Positions 1 to 8,513 of a DNA stretch of 37,262 nucleotides are shown here, in pieces. Position 1 is the stretch's first letter; each line of letters opens with the position of its first letter. The notes beneath the pieces were generated by a model. It was given only the letters and a program-made list of their open reading frames with translations, did no database searches and had not been told where the DNA came from. The position numbers and the translations under genes are program-made. The stretch lies in contig DAIPLK010000009.1 of NCBI GenBank assembly GCA_036769285.1, positions 1-37,262 of the forward strand, read 5' to 3'. The stretch comes from Gemmatimonadales bacterium (GTDB taxonomy: Bacteria; Gemmatimonadota; Gemmatimonadetes; Gemmatimonadales; GWC2-71-9).

Positions 1-20
1 TCCGTGGCCTGCGGCGCCTG

Positions 21-1454
21 TTACAGTGAGCGCGAGACCGCCAGGATGCTCTTCCACGCGGCCGCCACGTGCTCGTGCTCGGTGCAGCGCTGACCGACGA
101 CGAGACGGATGGCGTAGCGCCCGCCGAGCCGCGTGTGGGTCAGGTGCCGCTCGCGCCCGGCATTCACCGCGGCCAGGAGCCGCGCGTTCAGCGCATCCCG
201 CTCCTCCTCGGACCGTCCCGGGGGCCGCCAGCGGAAGCAGACCAACCCGAACGGCACCGGCGCCATCAGCTCGAAGTCGGGATCGGCCTCGATCCAGCCC
301 GCCAGCTCCCGCGCCAGCGCCACGTGCCGGCGGATGAGCGCGCGGAGCCCCTCCACCCCATAGCTCCGAATCACGAACCAGAGCTTGAGCGCGCGAAACC
401 TGCGGCCGAGCTGAATGCCCCAGTCGCGAAAGTTGACCACGTCGGCGTCGTAGGGGGTGCGCAGGAACTCGGGAGTCGCCTGGAAGGTGGCGAGCAGCAT
501 CGCGGGGTCGCGGACGAAGTACGCGGTGCAGTCGAAGTTGGTCAGCAGCCACTTGTGCGGGTTGAAGACGATGCTGTCCGCCTGCTCCATCCCGTCGAAC
601 AGCGGCCGAAGCTCCGGCACGATCGCCGCGGAGCCGGCATAGGCGGCATCCACATGGAGCCACGCCTCGTGCCGCCGGCAGAGCTCGGCGACCGGCCGCA
701 GCGGATCGATGGCCGTGGACGACGTCGTCCCCACGGACGCCACCACGCACGCCGGCCGGAGCCCCTGCGCCCGGTCCGCCTCCAGCGCCCGGGCCAGTGC
801 CTCCGGCCGCAGCGCGAAGTCCTCGTCGGTCTCGATGTGCCGCAGCATGTCGAGCCCGTAGCCCGCGAGCTTCACTGCCTTGTCGACCGACGAGTGCGCC
901 TCGCGCGAGGCATATACGGTGAGCGGCGCGTCCGCCGCCGCGAGACCCTGCGCGCCGATCTTTCCCCCCGTGGCCCGCTCCCGCGCGGTCAGCAGCGCCA
1001 TCAGCGTCGCCGTGGAGGCGGTATCCTGGATGACGCCTACGTACCCCATCGGAAGGCCGATCATCTGTCGCAGCCAGTCCATCACCAGCTGCTCCAGCTC
1101 GGTCGCAGCCGGCGAGGTCACCCACGACATCCCCTGCGCCCCCATGGTGGCAGTGAGCATCTCGCCCAGGATGGATGGCGGGCTGTTGTTGCAGGGGAAG
1201 TAGGCGAACCAGCCGGGATGGTTCCAGTGCGTCATCCCCGGCACGATGACGCGCCGGAAGTCGTCGAACAGCGCGTCGAACGGCTCGCCGTCGAGCGGCG
1301 GGGCGTCGGGCAGCTGGCGCCGGATGTCGCCGGGCGCGACGGCGGGCGTGATCGGGAAGGAGCCGACGTCCCGCATGTAGTCGGCCATCCAATCGACCAG
1401 CGCGTGGGCGTGCCGGCGGAACTCGTCGGGCTGCATCGGCCAAAGCGAATGCAC
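21..1454 (-). CDS. Group II PLP-dependent decarboxylase (aromatic-L-amino-acid / tyrosine decarboxylase-like)
   Basis: 477-aa ORF with DDC-family hallmarks: N-terminal DEFRRHAHALVDWMADY, HWNHPGWFAYFP and the PLP-lysine motif SIVFNPHKWL. The longest ORF starts at GTG 1454; ATG 1436 (MQPDEFRR) is an equally plausible start. Confidence 0.85.
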   Translation of the reverse strand: MHSLWPMQPDEFRRHAHALVDWMADYMRDVGSFPITPAVAPGDIRRQLPDAPPLDGEPFDALFDDFRRVIVPGMTHWNHPGWFAYFPCNNSPPSILGEMLTATMGAQGMSWVTSPAATELEQLVMDWLRQMIGLPMGYVGVIQDTASTATLMALLTARERATGGKIGAQGLAAADAPLTVYASREAHSSVDKAVKLAGYGLDMLRHIETDEDFALRPEALARALEADRAQGLRPACVVASVGTTSSTAIDPLRPVAELCRRHEAWLHVDAAYAGSAAIVPELRPLFDGMEQADSIVFNPHKWLLTNFDCTAYFVRDPAMLLATFQATPEFLRTPYDADVVNFRDWGIQLGRRFRALKLWFVIRSYGVEGLRALIRRHVALARELAGWIEADPDFELMAPVPFGLVCFRWRPPGRSEEERDALNARLLAAVNAGRERHLTHTRLGGRYAIRLVVGQRCTEHEHVAAAWKSILAVSRSL

Positions 1455-1614
1455 GCGTGCGCCGGCGTCAAGTCGGAGTATCCTTGTGAGTCACCCCGGG
1501 CCCTTCGCCGCGCTCGAGGGCAAGCTCCGCGCGGCGGCGAGCACACGGCCATGGCTCCTTCGCTTCGCTCGGGATGACTCGGATGTACCCCGACGCCCCG
1601 GCCCGAGGACCCGC

Positions 1615-2472
1615 ATGCCCCCCGCGCCCGCCCGCGCCACCCACGGCCTGGTCTGGATGATCGTGGCCCAGGCCTGCTTCGCCTGGATGAACGTCTGCAC
1701 CCGGTTCGGGAGCCGGCACCTGCCGTGGGCCGAGATCGCGGCCGCGCGCTTCCTGGTGGGCGCGATGCTGGCGGCCGGGCTCGCCGCGGTGACGGGACGC
1801 TCGCTCCGGGTGACCGACCGGGCCGGGACCTGGTGGCGGAGCGCCTACGGCACCGTCGCCGCCATGGGCAGCTTCTACGCCCTCGGCTCGAGCCGGATCC
1901 ACGTGGGCGACGCCGCCACACTCGGTGCGACCGCCCCGATCTTCGTCGCGCTGCTCTCGCGTCGGCTCCTCGGGGAGCGGGTCGGCCGCCACGTGGGGCT
2001 CGCGGTGGCACTCGCCTTCGCCGGCGTGGTGGCGCTCGTGCGGCCGTCGTTTGCCCTGGCGTGGCCCGTGGCCCTGGTTGCCACCGCCGGGGCCTTCTGC
2101 TACGCGCTCGCCATGATCTGGCTCCGCCGCATCGGCCCCGGCGAGACTCACGAGGCGATCGTGCTGCACTTCTCGCTCGTCGGCCTGGCGACCATGCTGA
2201 TGCTGGCGCTGCCGGTCTGGCGCTGGCCCGACTGGCAGGGTGGCCTGGCGCTCCTCGGCGCGGGGCTCGGCGGCGGGGGCGCCCAGCTGGCGATGACCCG
2301 CGCGTACTCGCTCCAGCGCGCCGCTCCCGTGACCGCCGTCGCCAACCTCGGGGTGGTGTTCACCTACGTGCTCGCCATCCCGTTCTTCGGCGACCTACCC
2401 GCCGCCTGGCAGCTCGGTGGCGCGGCCCTGGTCATCGCGGCGACCGCGCTCCTCACGGCCGACGGCCGGTGA
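1615..2472 (+). CDS. EamA/DMT-family permease
   Basis: ORF 1486..2472 is strongly hydrophobic with two EamA-like halves (WMIVAQACFAWMNVCTRF..., GGGGAQLAMTRAYSLQRAAPVTAV...). The first 43 codons are Arg/Pro-rich and not membrane-like, so I chose ATG 1615. Confidence 0.75.
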   Translation: MPPAPARATHGLVWMIVAQACFAWMNVCTRFGSRHLPWAEIAAARFLVGAMLAAGLAAVTGRSLRVTDRAGTWWRSAYGTVAAMGSFYALGSSRIHVGDAATLGATAPIFVALLSRRLLGERVGRHVGLAVALAFAGVVALVRPSFALAWPVALVATAGAFCYALAMIWLRRIGPGETHEAIVLHFSLVGLATMLMLALPVWRWPDWQGGLALLGAGLGGGGAQLAMTRAYSLQRAAPVTAVANLGVVFTYVLAIPFFGDLPAAWQLGGAALVIAATALLTADGR

Positions 2473-2494
2473 AGGGGTCGCTTATCTTCCGGCG

Positions 2495-3148
2495 ATGGGG
2501 ATCGCCGTGACTCCTCCAGGTCTCGCCTACGATCCGGAGCTCGCCTGTCGCCAGCTGGCGCAGGTGGACCCTCGGATGGGCGCGCTCATCGCGCGGGCCG
2601 GCGCGTTCACCATGCGCCCCGAGCCGGTGCAGAGCCTGTTCGCGGCGCTGCTCGAGGCCATCGTCTATCAGCAGCTCTCGGGAAGGGCGGCGGCCACCAT
2701 TCTCGGCCGCGTCGTCGCGCTCTACCGTCCCCGCCGGTTTCCCCGGCCACAGGACATCGTTGCCACCCCGCCCGAGCGCCTCCGCGCCGCCGGGCTCTCG
2801 GCGGCCAAGACCGCGGCAATCCGCGACCTGGCCGCGCGGACTCTGGACGGCACGGTTCCTCCCATGGGACGCGTCCGGCGAATGCCGGACGAGGATATCG
2901 TCGCGCAACTGACGACGGTGCGCGGGGTCGGACGCTGGACGGTAGAGATGCTGCTGCTCTTCCGGCTGGGACGCCCCGATGTGCTGCCACTGGGCGATCT
3001 GGGCGTGCGAAAGGGATTCGCGCGGGTATTCAACCCGCGCGTGCTGACCGACCCGCGGGTACTGAGCCGCCGGGCCGAGCGGTGGCGCCCGTATCGCTCC
3101 GTGGCAAGCTGGTATCTCTGGCGCGCGCTCGACCTCGAACGCGCCTGA
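2495..3148 (+). CDS. DNA-3-methyladenine glycosylase II-like HhH-GPD base-excision repair enzyme
   Basis: Helix-hairpin-helix/GPD signature LTTVRGVGRWTVEMLLLFRLGRPDVLPLGDLGVRKG and C-terminal WRPYRSVASWYLW, as in the AlkA/Mag family. I chose ATG 2495 because the longer 2417 start overlaps the upstream permease. Confidence 0.8.
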   Translation: MGIAVTPPGLAYDPELACRQLAQVDPRMGALIARAGAFTMRPEPVQSLFAALLEAIVYQQLSGRAAATILGRVVALYRPRRFPRPQDIVATPPERLRAAGLSAAKTAAIRDLAARTLDGTVPPMGRVRRMPDEDIVAQLTTVRGVGRWTVEMLLLFRLGRPDVLPLGDLGVRKGFARVFNPRVLTDPRVLSRRAERWRPYRSVASWYLWRALDLERA

Positions 3149-3167
3149 ACGGAAGGGAGCACGATCC

Positions 3168-3608
3168 ATGAGCCTGACGGTGACGCCGGCGACGGCCCAC
3201 GAGCCAAGTCTTAGTACGGTCGAGATGCTCTGCGAGCGCCTGGGTGAGCTGGGATTGCCCATCGGCCCCGACACCGCGCGCGAGCTGATCCGCGCCGTGC
3301 TGGCGACGGAGGCCCCTCGGATGGACGCCCACATCCGCGAGGCGCTCCAGACCTCGCTGGATACGATCCGCATCGCCGCGCAATCGGCCAGCGGCGTGCT
3401 GGCCAGCACTGCCCCGGTCGAAAGCAGGGTCGCCCCCGTCCCCTTCAAGCCAGTGCTGGACCCGGCGCCCCGGCGTGTCACCCCCGCGGCCACCCCGAGA
3501 CCGGCGGCCGGACGACGGCCGATCAGCAAACGGGGCCCCGACGCCGACCCCGGCGACGATGTCGGCGGCGACAATCGGCCGGTGTTTCGGCGCCCGCGCG
3601 GGCGCTGA
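3168..3608 (+). CDS. Hypothetical protein (helical N-half, Pro/Arg-rich C-half)
   Basis: 146-aa ORF whose ATG is preceded by GGAAGGGAG. GC3-rich codon usage fits coding sequence. I recognise no family. Confidence 0.45.
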   Translation: MSLTVTPATAHEPSLSTVEMLCERLGELGLPIGPDTARELIRAVLATEAPRMDAHIREALQTSLDTIRIAAQSASGVLASTAPVESRVAPVPFKPVLDPAPRRVTPAATPRPAAGRRPISKRGPDADPGDDVGGDNRPVFRRPRGR

Positions 3609-3610
3609 GG

Positions 3611-5074
3611 TCAGTGAACTTGGGTGTGGGACGAGGCGCCGCCCAGATCGTAGCGGCGAAGCTTGACGTACAGACTCTGCCGGCTCACCCCGAGCACCTC
3701 CGCGGCGGACGTGCGATTGTCCCGCGTGAGCTCGAGGGCGGCCTCGATGAGATGCCGCTCGACCAGGCCCACCGTGTCACGCACCAGATCCCGCAGGGAC
3801 ACGCGGCCGACCAGCCCGGTGAGTTGCTCGACCGCGCGCGTCAGGTCGCGCGCCCCCTGCGGGCCGCCCGACAGGCGGCGGCCGATGTCCCGAAGGACAA
3901 GGCCGATGCACGGTTCCGCGCCCTTCAGCGCGGCGACGGCCGACAACTCCACCTCGCCGCTCGACCCGTACTGGCCGCGCGCGGCGGTGGAGAAGAGCCG
4001 CACCACGCCGTGCTCGCGCAGGGCGGCGAGCAACATCTCGAGATCGGCCCCGGGTCGCCCGATCCATTCGGCCACCGACCGGCCTCGCACCTGCTCCTCG
4101 GTCGCGAGCTGCGCCAGATCGAGAAAGGCGGCGTTGGCGGTGAGAACGCGCCCGGCGAGGTCGGTCACCACGAACGCGTCCGGGACCTCCCCGATGAGTT
4201 CCGACAGGCGGGCGTTGGCGGAGGAGGTCGCCGCCGATTCGCGCGCCGCGGGACGGAGGCGGACGAGGAACACATTGGAGCTCTCCTGTCGGACGAGCGC
4301 CGCCGAGAGGAGCGCGCTGCGTCCGTCCGCCGACAGCGAAACGCGCACCGGGTCGGCTCGGCCGACCGCGCGCACCGTAGCCAGGTAGTCCGAGGCGGCG
4401 AGCTGCCCCGCCGGATCGAGCCCCAACGGGAACACCGTGGCGGCCATCACGCGCGCCTCCACGCCCAGCAGCTGAAGCGCGGCGGAATTGGCCTCCATGA
4501 TCTTCATCGTGTTCGCGTCGATGACCATCACCGCGTCGTCCGAGAGCTCGAACAGCAAGCGGTACCGGGTCTCCATTTGCCGCATGGACGTGTAGTCGCG
4601 CTCGAGCGCCTGCTGTGCTTCGACGAGCTGGCGCTGAAGCCGGGCGTGCTCGCCCAGGTCCCGGCCGACGGCCATGATCGTGCCCTCCCGGTCCAGCCGC
4701 AGCGCGGTGTAGGCTACGGCGAGGTCGGGGGCATCGGGGAGCGGGTGGTCAACCTGGGCACGGCGGGAGACGCCGTGCTCGCGCGCCTCCGCCAGCATCT
4801 CTTCCACCCTTGGCCGGCTCTCGGCGGTGACGGTTTCGGCCCACGCGCGCCCCAGCCAGGCCAGGCACTGCTCCAGATGCGGGTCGGCGGCATTGAGGCG
4901 GACATCGCGCACCACCCCGTGGACGTCGAGGATCAGCGCCACGTCGGCCGCCGCGGAGGCGATGGCGGCGGCGGAAGTTTCATCGCGCTGGCCAGGCGCC
5001 CCGATCCGGGCGTCGCGCCCATCCACCGGTTTGTCCATGGTCCCGATGCTAGGGCGCGCCGCCCCGACCGTCAA
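3611..5074 (-). CDS. PAS-domain transcriptional regulator with C-terminal Fis-type HTH (PpsR/CrtJ-like architecture)
   Basis: 487-aa ORF with repeated PAS-like segments (e.g. YRLLFELSDDAVMVIDANTMKIMEANSAA, LSELIGEVPDAFVVTDLAGRVLTANAAFLDL) and a terminal Fis-type HTH (NRTSAAEVLGVSRQSLYVKLRRYDL). The longest ORF starts at TTG 5074; ATG 5038 (MDKPVDG) is an alternative. Confidence 0.75.
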   Translation of the reverse strand: MTVGAARPSIGTMDKPVDGRDARIGAPGQRDETSAAAIASAAADVALILDVHGVVRDVRLNAADPHLEQCLAWLGRAWAETVTAESRPRVEEMLAEAREHGVSRRAQVDHPLPDAPDLAVAYTALRLDREGTIMAVGRDLGEHARLQRQLVEAQQALERDYTSMRQMETRYRLLFELSDDAVMVIDANTMKIMEANSAALQLLGVEARVMAATVFPLGLDPAGQLAASDYLATVRAVGRADPVRVSLSADGRSALLSAALVRQESSNVFLVRLRPAARESAATSSANARLSELIGEVPDAFVVTDLAGRVLTANAAFLDLAQLATEEQVRGRSVAEWIGRPGADLEMLLAALREHGVVRLFSTAARGQYGSSGEVELSAVAALKGAEPCIGLVLRDIGRRLSGGPQGARDLTRAVEQLTGLVGRVSLRDLVRDTVGLVERHLIEAALELTRDNRTSAAEVLGVSRQSLYVKLRRYDLGGASSHTQVH

Positions 5075-5214
5075 TGCCCCAGCCCACGGCAGACGGCGGC
5101 GGTCCCGCTTGCCCCAGCCTGGGGCTCGCGCACATGATGGGAGGGAGTCAGATTCGCAGTTCAGTAGGCGCCAGAGTCAGCGCATCGATAACCGGCAGCT
5201 CAGAGAGGCGAGGA

Positions 5215-5427
5215 ATGTCTCACATCAACGACTGCATCCCCGGACAGCAGGCGAAGATTCTGCGGTCGGGCGTGGCGAGAGTGGTGGGCAAGACCGGCAC
5301 GATCGTCGAGGTCTCCCGCATCCGGCGTCCGCCGACCGGCCCGCTCAAGGACGCGGTGACGGTGGACGTGCCGGGCCACGGAGAAATCTCGGTGTCGCCG
5401 GCGGACCTGGAGATCGTGAAGACGTAG
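5215..5427 (+). CDS. Small hypothetical protein (70 aa)
   Basis: ATG 5215 is preceded by GAGAGGCGAGGA and codon usage is GC3-rich. The longer 5074 start would overlap the divergent regulator's start region. No family recognised. Confidence 0.5.
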   Translation: MSHINDCIPGQQAKILRSGVARVVGKTGTIVEVSRIRRPPTGPLKDAVTVDVPGHGEISVSPADLEIVKT

Positions 5428-5433
5428 GCGCGG

Positions 5434-5610
5434 TCAAAATTCGCGCTTCTTCATCTCCTTGAACAAGCGCTGCGTCTCGGGGTCTTCCTCCTCCTCACGC
5501 TGCCGCAGCGTGGGGTCGAACTTCACCGACCGGTTCCCCTTCGGGGGGGCGACCTTTGCCGCGTTCTTCTTGGCGAGGGCGGCGATACGCTGATCTTCGC
5601 GCTTGGACAT
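5434..5610 (-). CDS. Small highly charged hypothetical protein (58 aa)
   Basis: Hand-translated, and absent from the ORF track because it is under 60 aa: MSKREDQRIAALAKKNAAKVAPPKGNRSVKFDPTLRQREEEEDPETQRLFKEMKKREF. The ATG is preceded by AGAGAGG and third positions are mostly G/C. Confidence 0.4.
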   Translation of the reverse strand: MSKREDQRIAALAKKNAAKVAPPKGNRSVKFDPTLRQREEEEDPETQRLFKEMKKREF

Positions 5611-5699
5611 CGGGCCTCTCTGGATTGGTGTGGGCTCGAGCCGGAAAGTTAGTCGGGTGCGCGCACCGCGTGGAGCGCGGCGGCGCCTGGCCCGGCCTC

Positions 5700-5739
5700 A
5701 ATAGCAAAAGGCAGTGACCCGGGAGTCCCGAGCCACTGC
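5700..5739 (-). terminator. Intrinsic terminator downstream of tRNA-Asn
   Basis: The minus strand reads GCAGTGGCTCGGGACTCCCGGGTCACTGC followed by CTTTTGCTATT. This gives a stem of about 12 bp (two G-U pairs) plus a U-rich tail, 34 nt past the tRNA 3' end. Confidence 0.55.
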
Positions 5740-5772
5740 TCCAGTACGACTCTTCTTGGCCTCTTCTCAGCA

Positions 5773-5845
5773 CTCCCGAGGAGGGACTCGAACCCCCGAC
5801 CCGGTGATTAACAGTCACCTGCTCTACCAGCTGAGCTACTCGGGA
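5773..5845 (-). tRNA. tRNA-Asn (anticodon GTT)
   Basis: Hand-folded 73-nt cloverleaf. Acceptor stem is TCCCGAG/CTCGGGA, D-arm GCTC-AGCTGGTA-GAGC, anticodon arm GGTGA-CTGTTAA-TCACC, T-arm GGGGG-TTCGAGT-CCCTC, and the discriminator is G. CCA is not encoded. Confidence 0.93.
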
Positions 5846-5889
5846 AGGATGCCGACGCAACGTCGCTTGAGCCTCGTGCGCCGGGCCCA

Positions 5890-5918
5890 AAACTAGTGGG
5901 CGCGCCGGACCCAAGCAA
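5890..5918 (-). promoter_or_regulatory. Candidate promoter for tRNA-Asn
   Basis: The minus strand reads TTGCTT, a 17-nt spacer, then TAGTTT, about 45 nt upstream of the mature tRNA 5' end. This is a sequence match only. Confidence 0.3.
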
Positions 5919-6064
5919 CGGCGGCGTGCCGTTCCGTTCACTGGTCGGTCAGGTCGGCGTTCATCCGCCGCTCTGGCACCCTCGCCGGAACCCGCTGTTA
6001 CAATAGAGCTTAGATTTGTAGTGAGAGCCTGCTCACCAGATCGGACTAGTGAGTAAGTGTTCAC

Positions 6065-6108
6065 TTGACAAGGCGATCCCAGCCAGAGTACACTTTGCGG
6101 CGCAAAGT
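6065..6108 (+). promoter_or_regulatory. Candidate sigma70-type promoter with an overlapping perfect palindrome, upstream of holB
   Basis: TTGACA (6065-6070), an 18-nt spacer, then TACACT (6089-6094). A 17-nt palindrome ACTTTGCG-g-CGCAAAGT (6092-6108) overlaps the -10 and the expected transcription start. All of this lies inside an AT-rich spacer. Confidence 0.4.
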
Positions 6109-6197
6109 CATGCCAATGAGCTAAGTTAAGTTATTGTTGATAAAGATGTTACATAGGTACAGGTACCTTTTCCCCGTCCCCCTCTTACCTTGAGTCC

Positions 6198-7289
6198 ATG
6201 GCCCTGCCGCCCCTGATTGGACACCAGGACGCCAGGCTCCGCCTGGCTGATGCCGTCCGAACGGACCGGCTGCCCCAGGTCATCCTGATCTCCGGGCCGG
6301 CCGGGGTCGGCAAGCAGCGTCTGGCGCTCTGGCTGGCCCAATTGGTCCTCTGTGAGCGCCGGGATACGGAACCCTGCGGCGGCTGCCGTGCCTGCCGGCT
6401 GGTGGGCGGGTTGGCTCACGCGGACCTCCACTGGTTCGTCCCCATCCCCCGCCCCAAGGCGGCGGACCCGGACAAGGCAGTGGAGGAAGCGGCCGAGGCA
6501 ATCGGGGAAGTACTCGAGGAGCGGCGGTGCCGGCCCTGTTACGCACCGGCAGACGGGATGGCGAGCCACTCCTTGGCGTCGGTCCGGCTGCTCCATCGAC
6601 GGGCGGCGCTGACGTCCGTCGAGGGCGGCCGCCGGGTCTTCATCATCGGTGACGCCGAGCGCCTGGTGCCGCAGGAGTCGAGTCAGGAGGCGGCCAACGC
6701 GCTGCTCAAGCTGCTGGAGGAGCCGCCGGTCGGAAGCCTGTTCATCCTGACGACCGTGGACCCTCGGCGGCTGCTGCCGACGATCCGGTCGCGGGCCGTG
6801 CCGGTCCGATTGAACCGGTTGAGCGACGAGCAGGTGCGCGAGTTCCTCGAGCGGCACGCCGAGCCCCGGCTCGCGGCGCAGGCATTGGACGACCGTGTGG
6901 CACTGGCCGCGGGCTCGATCGGCGATGCGCTCGCGGCCGGCGAGGAAAAGGGGAAGGCGTATCGAGCCGCCGGGGAGTTGCTCGAAGCGGTGCTGGCCGG
7001 CTCGGCCGCCCGCTACGAGCGGGCGCTGAAGCAGGCGCCGTTCTCGGCGCGGGGCGAGTTCACCGCCATGCTCGATGCGCTGGCGGACACGCTGGGCGAG
7101 GCGGCGCGAGGCGCCCTGGGCCAGCCGACCCGGCGGCCGGTGACGCCCGCCCTCTTGGGCCGCGGCGATCCGGCTCCTTTGCTCCGGGCCATGGAGCGAG
7201 TCGCCGAGGCGCGCGAGGCGGCCTACGGCAACGTGAACCCGCAGATCCTCCTCGCGGTGCTGGGCGAGGAGCTGGCGGAGGAGCTATGA
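6198..7289 (+). CDS. holB: DNA polymerase III delta-prime subunit
   Basis: Clamp-loader AAA+ features: [13 protein letters not shown] (Walker A), Zn module [10 protein letters not shown], and sensor motif [10 protein letters not shown]. 363 aa. Confidence 0.85.
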   Translation: MALPPLIGHQDARLRLADAVRTDRLPQVILISGPAGVGKQRLALWLAQLVLCERRDTEPCGGCRACRLVGGLAHADLHWFVPIPRPKAADPDKAVEEAAEAIGEVLEERRCRPCYAPADGMASHSLASVRLLHRRAALTSVEGGRRVFIIGDAERLVPQESSQEAANALLKLLEEPPVGSLFILTTVDPRRLLPTIRSRAVPVRLNRLSDEQVREFLERHAEPRLAAQALDDRVALAAGSIGDALAAGEEKGKAYRAAGELLEAVLAGSAARYERALKQAPFSARGEFTAMLDALADTLGEAARGALGQPTRRPVTPALLGRGDPAPLLRAMERVAEAREAAYGNVNPQILLAVLGEELAEEL

Positions 7290-7765
7290 AGCTGTCCCAC
7301 CTGGACGAGGCGGGCCGCGCGAGAATGGTGGACGTCGCCGGCAAGCCCGAGACGGAGCGCACCGCGGTGGCGGAAGGCCTGGTCCGGATGTCCCGGAAGG
7401 CGTTCGACCAGGTCGCGGGTCATGCCGTCGCCAAGGGGGACGTGCTCGCGGTGGCCGAGGTGGCGGGAGTGATGGCGGCCAAGCGGACGGGGGAGTTGAT
7501 CCCCCTCTGTCACCCGCTGGGGCTGGATCTGGTCACGGTCGAGGCCCGCCTGGTGCCGGACCTCCCCGGCGTGGGAGTCACGGCGACGGCAAAAGTGACG
7601 GGGCGCACAGGAGTGGAGATGGAGGCGCTCACGGCGGTGAGCGTCGCGTGTCTGACAATTTACGACATGGTCAAGGCGGTTGATCGGGAGATGGTGATCG
7701 AAGGGGTCCAGCTGATCAGCAAGACCGGGGGGACCCGGGGAGACTGGCGCCGCTCCGATTCGTAG
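7286..7765 (+). CDS. moaC: Cyclic pyranopterin monophosphate synthase accessory protein MoaC
   Basis: 159 aa with [21 protein letters not shown] and [24 protein letters not shown], all typical of MoaC. The start overlaps the holB stop (ATGA). Confidence 0.93.
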   Translation: MKLSHLDEAGRARMVDVAGKPETERTAVAEGLVRMSRKAFDQVAGHAVAKGDVLAVAEVAGVMAAKRTGELIPLCHPLGLDLVTVEARLVPDLPGVGVTATAKVTGRTGVEMEALTAVSVACLTIYDMVKAVDREMVIEGVQLISKTGGTRGDWRRSDS

Positions 7766-7808
7766 GTCAGGAGGACGCGGCCTTCTCATACGGCAAGGAG
7801 GTTGGCCA

Positions 7809-8513
7809 ATGAAACGACCGACCGACAAATACAACGATCCCAGCCCGCGCACGTTCCGGCACCTGCTGCTGCGCGGGGGACTGCTGCTCGTCACGGCCGT
7901 CGTCATCGGCAACCTGGCGGGCTGGACCAAGGGGGTCCGCGCGACCGACGCCGCCAAGGCGCCGGATGCGGGTTTCATCGCGCGCCGGATCGGGAGCCTG
8001 GGCGACCAGCTCGCGGCCGCGAAGGGCGAGACCGACCTGCTCAAGATCCAGCTCGACCGCGCCAACGCCATCATGACGAGCTCGGCCAAATACCAGATTC
8101 CGGCCGACCTGGCCGCCTCGATCTACGACATCGCGTTGAGCGAGGGAATCGATCCGGCCCTGGGATTCCAGCTGGTGAAGATTGAGAGCGACTTCAAGGC
8201 GAATGCCCGGAGCTCGATGGGTGCGATTGGCTACACCCAGCTGCAGGTCGCCACGGCGCGGTTCTACGAACCGGGGGTGACCGAGCGTGCGCTGACCGAG
8301 CGCGACCTGAACCTGCGCATCGGTTTCCGCTTCCTGAACGACCTGCTCGGGAAGTTCGACCACGACACGCAACTCGCGCTGCTGGCGTACAACCGGGGGC
8401 CGGCGAAGGTAGCCGACATTCTGGCCCAGGGCGGCGACCCGACCAACGGGTACCCCGGCGCGGTGCTCGACGGGTATCGCCCGCCGCGTTCGGCGGCCCC
8501 GGGCTGGCGCTAG
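7809..8513 (+). CDS. Membrane-anchored lytic transglycosylase (SLT domain)
   Basis: N-terminal TM helix (LLLRGGLLLVTAVVIGNLAGW). SLT motifs are present: ESDFKANARSSMGAIGYTQL (catalytic Glu) and LLAYNRGPAKV. The RBS AAGGAGG precedes the ATG. Confidence 0.8.
   Translation: MKRPTDKYNDPSPRTFRHLLLRGGLLLVTAVVIGNLAGWTKGVRATDAAKAPDAGFIARRIGSLGDQLAAAKGETDLLKIQLDRANAIMTSSAKYQIPADLAASIYDIALSEGIDPALGFQLVKIESDFKANARSSMGAIGYTQLQVATARFYEPGVTERALTERDLNLRIGFRFLNDLLGKFDHDTQLALLAYNRGPAKVADILAQGGDPTNGYPGAVLDGYRPPRSAAPGWR

Noticed and set aside
5111-5125. Inverted repeat GCCCCAG-c-CTGGGGC upstream of the PAS/Fis regulator, considered as an operator.
   Set aside because: It is short and GC-rich, so it is likely by chance in this genome, and it does not resemble the TGT-N12-ACA PpsR-type site. 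The evidence is insufficient.
5947-5955. GGTCAGGTC string reminiscent of the SRP (4.5S) RNA domain IV.
   Set aside because: The flanking sequence lacks the conserved GGAAGCAGCC partner motif on either strand, and I could fold no convincing long helix.
5495-6064. 189-aa ORF on the minus strand.
   Set aside because: It runs straight through the tRNA-Asn gene and its terminator, and its translation looks like noise.
5773-6197. Possible genomic-island or integration scar at tRNA-Asn, suggested by the adjacent AT-rich DNA.
   Set aside because: There is no integrase, no transposase, and no direct repeat of the tRNA 3' end that I could find. The AT-rich stretch lies on the 5' side of the tRNA, not the usual 3' attachment side. 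It is kept only as a promoter/sRNA candidate.
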